A DNA stretch of 64,000 nt, from assembly GCA_945861965.1 (NCBI GenBank), contig CAMAWM010000008.1:6353-70352 (forward strand), written 5' to 3'. Position 1 is the first letter of the stretch. Each line of letters opens with the position of its first letter. Made by a program: the position numbers and the translations under genes. Positions 59,666-64,000 of the stretch are shown piece by piece. This stretch comes from Chitinophaga pinensis (lineage in GTDB: Bacteria; Bacteroidota; Bacteroidia; UKL13-3). A model generated the notes under the pieces. The model did no database searches. It was not told where the DNA came from and saw nothing but the letters and a program-made list of their open reading frames with translations.

Positions 59666-60325
59666 TTATTGCATAAACGCAAATTGCAAAATGTTTGCAC
59701 CCATTTTCAATGCTTGTTGCCTTGTCAATTCTGGGTCATTGTATATCTCTTGGTCTTCCCAGCCGTTTCCTAAATCACATTCGTACGAATAAAAACATAC
59801 CAATTTCCCTTTGTAAATTAATCCAAATCCTTGAGGCGATTTGCCATCGTGTTCGTGAATTTTTGGAAGTCCTTTATCAAAATTGTATTTCTGATGATAA
59901 ATGGGATGATTAAATGGCAACTCTACAAAATCGAGTTCAGGAAAAACTTTTTTCATTTCGCGCCTAAAAAATAAATTCAAACCAAAGTTGTCATCGGCAT
60001 GTAAAAATCCGCCTGCAATTAGATAATTACGAAGATTTTCGGCCTCGACATCACTAAATATTATGTTGCCATGTCCTGTTAAATGAATAAATGGATAATT
60101 AAAAATATCGCTGCTGCCAACCTCAACAATATCTTCTTCGGACGCAATGTTCAGATTTAAATTTTTGTTACAAAAATCTATCAAATTTGGCAAAGATGTT
60201 TTGTTGGCATACCAGTCTCCCCCACCGTTGTACTTTAGTTTTGCAAGTTTAAATGAGGGTGTAACAAAAGCTGCAAACAGTACAAATCCGCAAAAGAAAA
60301 ACGCAACATTTTTGATTTTTTTCAC
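59666..60325 (-). CDS. DUF4159 domain protein
   Basis: KYNGGGDWY, TGHGN, GGFLHADDN, PKIHEHDG, DLGNGWE. Confidence 0.85.
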   Translation of the reverse strand: MKKIKNVAFFFCGFVLFAAFVTPSFKLAKLKYNGGGDWYANKTSLPNLIDFCNKNLNLNIASEEDIVEVGSSDIFNYPFIHLTGHGNIIFSDVEAENLRNYLIAGGFLHADDNFGLNLFFRREMKKVFPELDFVELPFNHPIYHQKYNFDKGLPKIHEHDGKSPQGFGLIYKGKLVCFYSYECDLGNGWEDQEIYNDPELTRQQALKMGANILQFAFMQ

Positions 60326-60518
60326 GCTACTAAATTATCGCAAACAAATTTGAATTGCAATTTTTATTCAAAAATCAAAAACGATACATTTTCAATTAAC
60401 GACTTAAACTAAATCATTGAAAGTGTGATAGGATAAAAACGCAAATAACTTTCATGATAAATTTATTCGATTTGTGAAAATCTGCTTTATCAAAGTATAT
60501 TTCGCAAAAAATTAGTAG

Positions 60519-63014
60519 ATGAAAAATTCATTTTTGAAAAAAGCGATTCCACACATAATTGCATTAGTTGTAATGTTTACAGTAATGATAGCATACTTTG
60601 GTCCATTGTTTCAAGGAAAGGTTTTGAAACAATACGATGTGTTACAATGGCGAAGCACTTATCAAGAAATATCGCAGTTTGAAAAGCAAAGCGAAGAGCG
60701 AACTTTTTGGACAAACAGTATTTTCAGTGGTATGCCATCTTATCTTATTGGAGCATCGTATAGCGGAAATTTAACCAATTCGTTTTTGCTTTTTATGCAA
60801 AAGATTTTTAAAAATCCAGCGGATACAATTTTCTTTTTATTTGTATGTTTTTACATTTTGCTGCTAACATTCGATGTTAGTCCGTGGCTAGCAATTATTG
60901 GAGCCTTAGCATTTACATTTAGCAGTTTTAATTTTATAAATATTGATGCGGGGCATGTTACTAAAGGCAATGCCATTGCATTTATTCCGCTTGTATTGGC
61001 CGGAATAAATATTACACTTCATAAAAACAAAATTTTGGGAGCATTGTTAACCGGTGTAGCTGTTTCGTTTCAGTTAGCAGCTGGACACTTGCAAATCACC
61101 TACTATTTAATTTTTATACTTTTAGCGTGGATGTTGGTTGAAATTTTTAACGCAATCAAAACAAAAAAAATAATGCATTTAGCAGTTTGTGGAGCGTACT
61201 TAGCAATTGCCGGATTAGTAGGAGTTGGTACAAATATTACCGGTTTGTTAGCAACAGAAGAGTATGGAAAATATAGCATTCGCGGAAAATCAGAATTGAC
61301 AAAAACTGCAGATGACAAAAGCAATGCTGCCAATGTTTCAAGCGGCTTAGACAAAGATTATGCATTGGCGTGGAGTAATGGAATGGCTGAACCAATGACC
61401 ATTCTAATTCCTGATTTTTTTGGTGGCTCTAGTTCTGAATCTTTTATCTACGATAAAAAAAGCGAGACACTAAAAGTGTTGCAAGAAAACAGCCAACAAA
61501 ACACACAATTGGTAAATCAACTTGCGCAGCAAAATAGCGCACGATATTGGGGAGAACAGCCATTTACAGCAGGACCTATTTATTATGGTGCCATTATTAT
61601 TTTTCTTTTTGTGCTTGGAGTTTTTGTAATCAAAGGCAACGAAAAATGGTGGATTTTTGGAGCAGCATTGTTGTCGGTATTCTTATCCATGGGCAAAAAT
61701 TTTATGCCGCTCACTGATTTATTTTTCAATTATTTTCCGCTCTACAACAAATTCAGATCGGTAACATTTATACTTTGTGTTGCTCAAACTATGTTTCCGT
61801 TGATGGCTGTTTTGGCATTAAAATCAATGCTCAACGGATCGATGAAAACGGATGAAATGAAGAGAAAATTACTCTACAGTTTTTATATAGTTGGAGGAAT
61901 ATGTTTGCTTTTTGCTTTGGTGCCAGGAGTTTTTCTGGATTTTTTAACCAGCAAAGATTCTGATCCAAACAACAAAATTCCAGAGTGGTATTTAAATGCA
62001 ATTGCTGAAGATCGTGCAGCTGTTTTAAAAGCAGATGCCTGGCGTTCGTTTATTTTTGTAGCACTTGCTTTTGTTGCCATTTATTTATTTGTTATCAAAA
62101 AAATAAAATCGGAAATAGTGTTAGTTGGAATGGGAATTTTTATTCTTTTCGATTTGTGGCAAGTTGATAAACGTTATTTAAACGACAAAGATTTTGAGAA
62201 ACAAAAAAAGGAAGCAGCGGTTGCAAAAACACAATACGATGAACAAATTTTGCAAGATCCTGATCCACATTATCGCGTATTTAATACCACAACAGATTTT
62301 GACAAAGATGCTATAACTGCTTACTACCACAAATCAATTGGTGGATATCACGGTGCTAAAATGCGCAGATATCAAGAGTTGATTGAATGGCAATTGGCAA
62401 AAAACAATATGGAATGCATAAACATGTTGAACGTAAAATATTTTATAGTTAGAGACGATTCAAGCGGACAATTATTTGCACAACGAAATCCTTTCAACAA
62501 TGGAAATGCATGGTTTGTTAAAAGCGTAAAATGGGTAGCAAATGCCGATGAAGAAATTGTCGCTTTAAATTGGGATAGAAATAATCCGGAAGCAGGATTC
62601 AATGCAAAAGAAACTGCTGTAATTGACAAACGATTTGAAAACGATTTAAAAAATTTTAACCCTGTTTTTGATTCAACAGCAAATATTAAACTTACTAAAT
62701 ACGCACCGAATAAAATTAATTACGAATGCAGTGTAAATTCAGCACAGTTGGCTTTGTTCTCTGAAATATTTTACGATAAAGGTTGGAATGCTTACCTTGA
62801 TGGAAAAGCGGTTTCGCATTTTCGTGCTGATTATGTTTTAAGGGCAATGGTAATTCCTGCTGGCAAACATCAAATTGAATTTAAATTCGAGCCGCAAACG
62901 GTTGTTGCGGGAGAAAAAATTGCTTGGGCATCGTCAAGCATTTTGTATGGCGGATTAATTGTATTGCTGGCATTTTATTTTTTGAGAAAAAACAAAGTAG
63001 TAAAGAATAATTAA
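60519..63014 (+). CDS. YfhO family membrane protein (GT-C-like)
   Basis: WTNSIFSGMP, GHLQITYY, YWGEQPFT, YNKFR, SIGGYHGAK, FSEIFYDKGW, ADYVLRA. Confidence 0.88.
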   Translation: MKNSFLKKAIPHIIALVVMFTVMIAYFGPLFQGKVLKQYDVLQWRSTYQEISQFEKQSEERTFWTNSIFSGMPSYLIGASYSGNLTNSFLLFMQKIFKNPADTIFFLFVCFYILLLTFDVSPWLAIIGALAFTFSSFNFINIDAGHVTKGNAIAFIPLVLAGINITLHKNKILGALLTGVAVSFQLAAGHLQITYYLIFILLAWMLVEIFNAIKTKKIMHLAVCGAYLAIAGLVGVGTNITGLLATEEYGKYSIRGKSELTKTADDKSNAANVSSGLDKDYALAWSNGMAEPMTILIPDFFGGSSSESFIYDKKSETLKVLQENSQQNTQLVNQLAQQNSARYWGEQPFTAGPIYYGAIIIFLFVLGVFVIKGNEKWWIFGAALLSVFLSMGKNFMPLTDLFFNYFPLYNKFRSVTFILCVAQTMFPLMAVLALKSMLNGSMKTDEMKRKLLYSFYIVGGICLLFALVPGVFLDFLTSKDSDPNNKIPEWYLNAIAEDRAAVLKADAWRSFIFVALAFVAIYLFVIKKIKSEIVLVGMGIFILFDLWQVDKRYLNDKDFEKQKKEAAVAKTQYDEQILQDPDPHYRVFNTTTDFDKDAITAYYHKSIGGYHGAKMRRYQELIEWQLAKNNMECINMLNVKYFIVRDDSSGQLFAQRNPFNNGNAWFVKSVKWVANADEEIVALNWDRNNPEAGFNAKETAVIDKRFENDLKNFNPVFDSTANIKLTKYAPNKINYECSVNSAQLALFSEIFYDKGWNAYLDGKAVSHFRADYVLRAMVIPAGKHQIEFKFEPQTVVAGEKIAWASSSILYGGLIVLLAFYFLRKNKVVKNN

Positions 63015-63541
63015 TACCTTTCGATAGCAATTTTTATTTTCATCAAGCCTTCGCTGAAAGCCAATTCGGTATTTTCTATTTTTGAAGGAACCATAAATCT
63101 TAAAATTGGATTATAGCCAACATCGCCTTCGTCTATCCAACTCAATTGCGTTTTATTTCCTAAGTCTGTAAATCTAAATGTAGCATGGCTAGTTAATTCT
63201 TGTTCGTTAATATTTAAAAAAGTTTGAATCATTTCATTCGGTACGCTTTCCGAAATACTTAAATAACCAATGCCAACTAAATTTCCGCGAAAATAAAATT
63301 TGGCGTCTTTTCCAACTGTGTTTTTCGAATAAAAAAACTTCATCGAACTATCTATATCTTTATTCCAAGGGCTCCATTTTTCCCAATTTTTAATATCGTT
63401 CATAAACGAAAAACTTTGATAAATGGGCTTGTTGATGGTTACGCTTTTTTCAATTTTATAGTGATGAGGGAAAAACAAACTCACAACAAAAACCAATGCC
63501 ACGATGACGAAAAAAGATAAAAATATTTTGAATAATTTCAT
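63011..63541 (-). CDS. SRPBCC family protein
   Basis: N-terminal anchor, IEKSVTINKP, WEKWSPW, C-terminal helix FSEGLMKIK. Confidence 0.82.
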   Translation of the reverse strand: MKLFKIFLSFFVIVALVFVVSLFFPHHYKIEKSVTINKPIYQSFSFMNDIKNWEKWSPWNKDIDSSMKFFYSKNTVGKDAKFYFRGNLVGIGYLSISESVPNEMIQTFLNINEQELTSHATFRFTDLGNKTQLSWIDEGDVGYNPILRFMVPSKIENTELAFSEGLMKIKIAIERY

Positions 63542-63562
63542 GAAATTTAATTTTGATTTAGC

Positions 63563-64000
63563 TTACATAAATGCATTTTCACCTGTAATTTCCATTCCCA
63601 AAATAAGCAAATGAATATCGTGTGTTCCTTCGTAAGTTACTACACTTTCCAAATTCATCATGTGGCGCATTATTGGATATTCGCCAGTTATTCCCATTCC
63701 GCCTAAAATTTGTCTGGCTTCGCGCGCTACATCTAAGGCAAGTGCTACATTATTTCGTTTTGCCATTGATATTTGTGCAGGAGTTGCTCTGCCTTCATTC
63801 ATCAAAATGCCAAGCCGCCAAACCAACAATTGGGCTTTTGTAATTTCAGTAATCATTTCGGCTAATTTTTTTTGTTGCAATTGAAACCCTGCAATTGGCC
63901 TTCCAAATTGTTGTCGTTCTTTTGCATATCGCAATGCTGTATCGTAACAATCCATTGCTGCTCCTAAAGCACCCCAACTAATACCGTAGCGGGCAGAATT
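63563..64000 (-). CDS. Acyl-CoA dehydrogenase, glutaryl-CoA dehydrogenase type (C-terminal part, truncated by window end)
   Basis: [37 protein letters not shown]. Confidence 0.88.
   Translation of the reverse strand, partial: NSARYGISWGALGAAMDCYDTALRYAKERQQFGRPIAGFQLQQKKLAEMITEITKAQLLVWRLGILMNEGRATPAQISMAKRNNVALALDVAREARQILGGMGITGEYPIMRHMMNLESVVTYEGTHDIHLLILGMEITGENAFM

Noticed and set aside
1227..63884. Numerous 60-155 aa ORFs antisense to or nested in assigned genes (e.g. 3149-3616, 5161-5535, 27724-28095, 58979-59365)
   Set aside because: Shadow frames of well-supported genes with no independent motifs.
1..64000. CRISPR array, intact transposase/integrase, prophage or anti-phage defence genes
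   Set aside because: No regularly spaced 25-45 nt direct repeats, and no ORF with such motifs; nearly all long ORFs have housekeeping assignments.

Overview
AT-rich chromosomal window from a Bacteroidota bacterium. Supporting evidence: TAnnTTTG-type -7 promoter boxes, a T9SS C-terminal sorting domain, signal peptides followed by Gln, and a split MetH. The window is mostly housekeeping and metabolic genes in short, shuffled transcription units (anmK, purK/E/D, bshA, split transketolase, metH, meaB, ald, uvrA, hflX, rsmI, lnt, guaB, manC, recQ, tatD, truA, methylmalonyl-CoA mutase), plus tRNA-Phe(GAA) and a TPP riboswitch ahead of a TonB-dependent receptor. I found no intact mobile element, CRISPR array or recognisable defence system. 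The most notable unexplained signals are: (i) a ~240-nt multi-hairpin candidate sRNA on the minus strand with its own promoter-like box and terminator (9.8-10.0 kb), next to an internally deleted IS3-like remnant; (ii) a double-HAMP histidine-kinase homologue lacking the phosphoacceptor His, directly upstream of a TMTC-like glycosyltransferase/TPR gene; (iii) 7-nt repeat arrays both between genes and in-frame inside metH and a flavoprotein gene; (iv) a desaturase plus Zn-ribbon methyltransferase pair behind metH-meaB-FMN reductase; (v) several apparently leaderless genes. All calls come from reading the sequence and motifs; no database searches were run.
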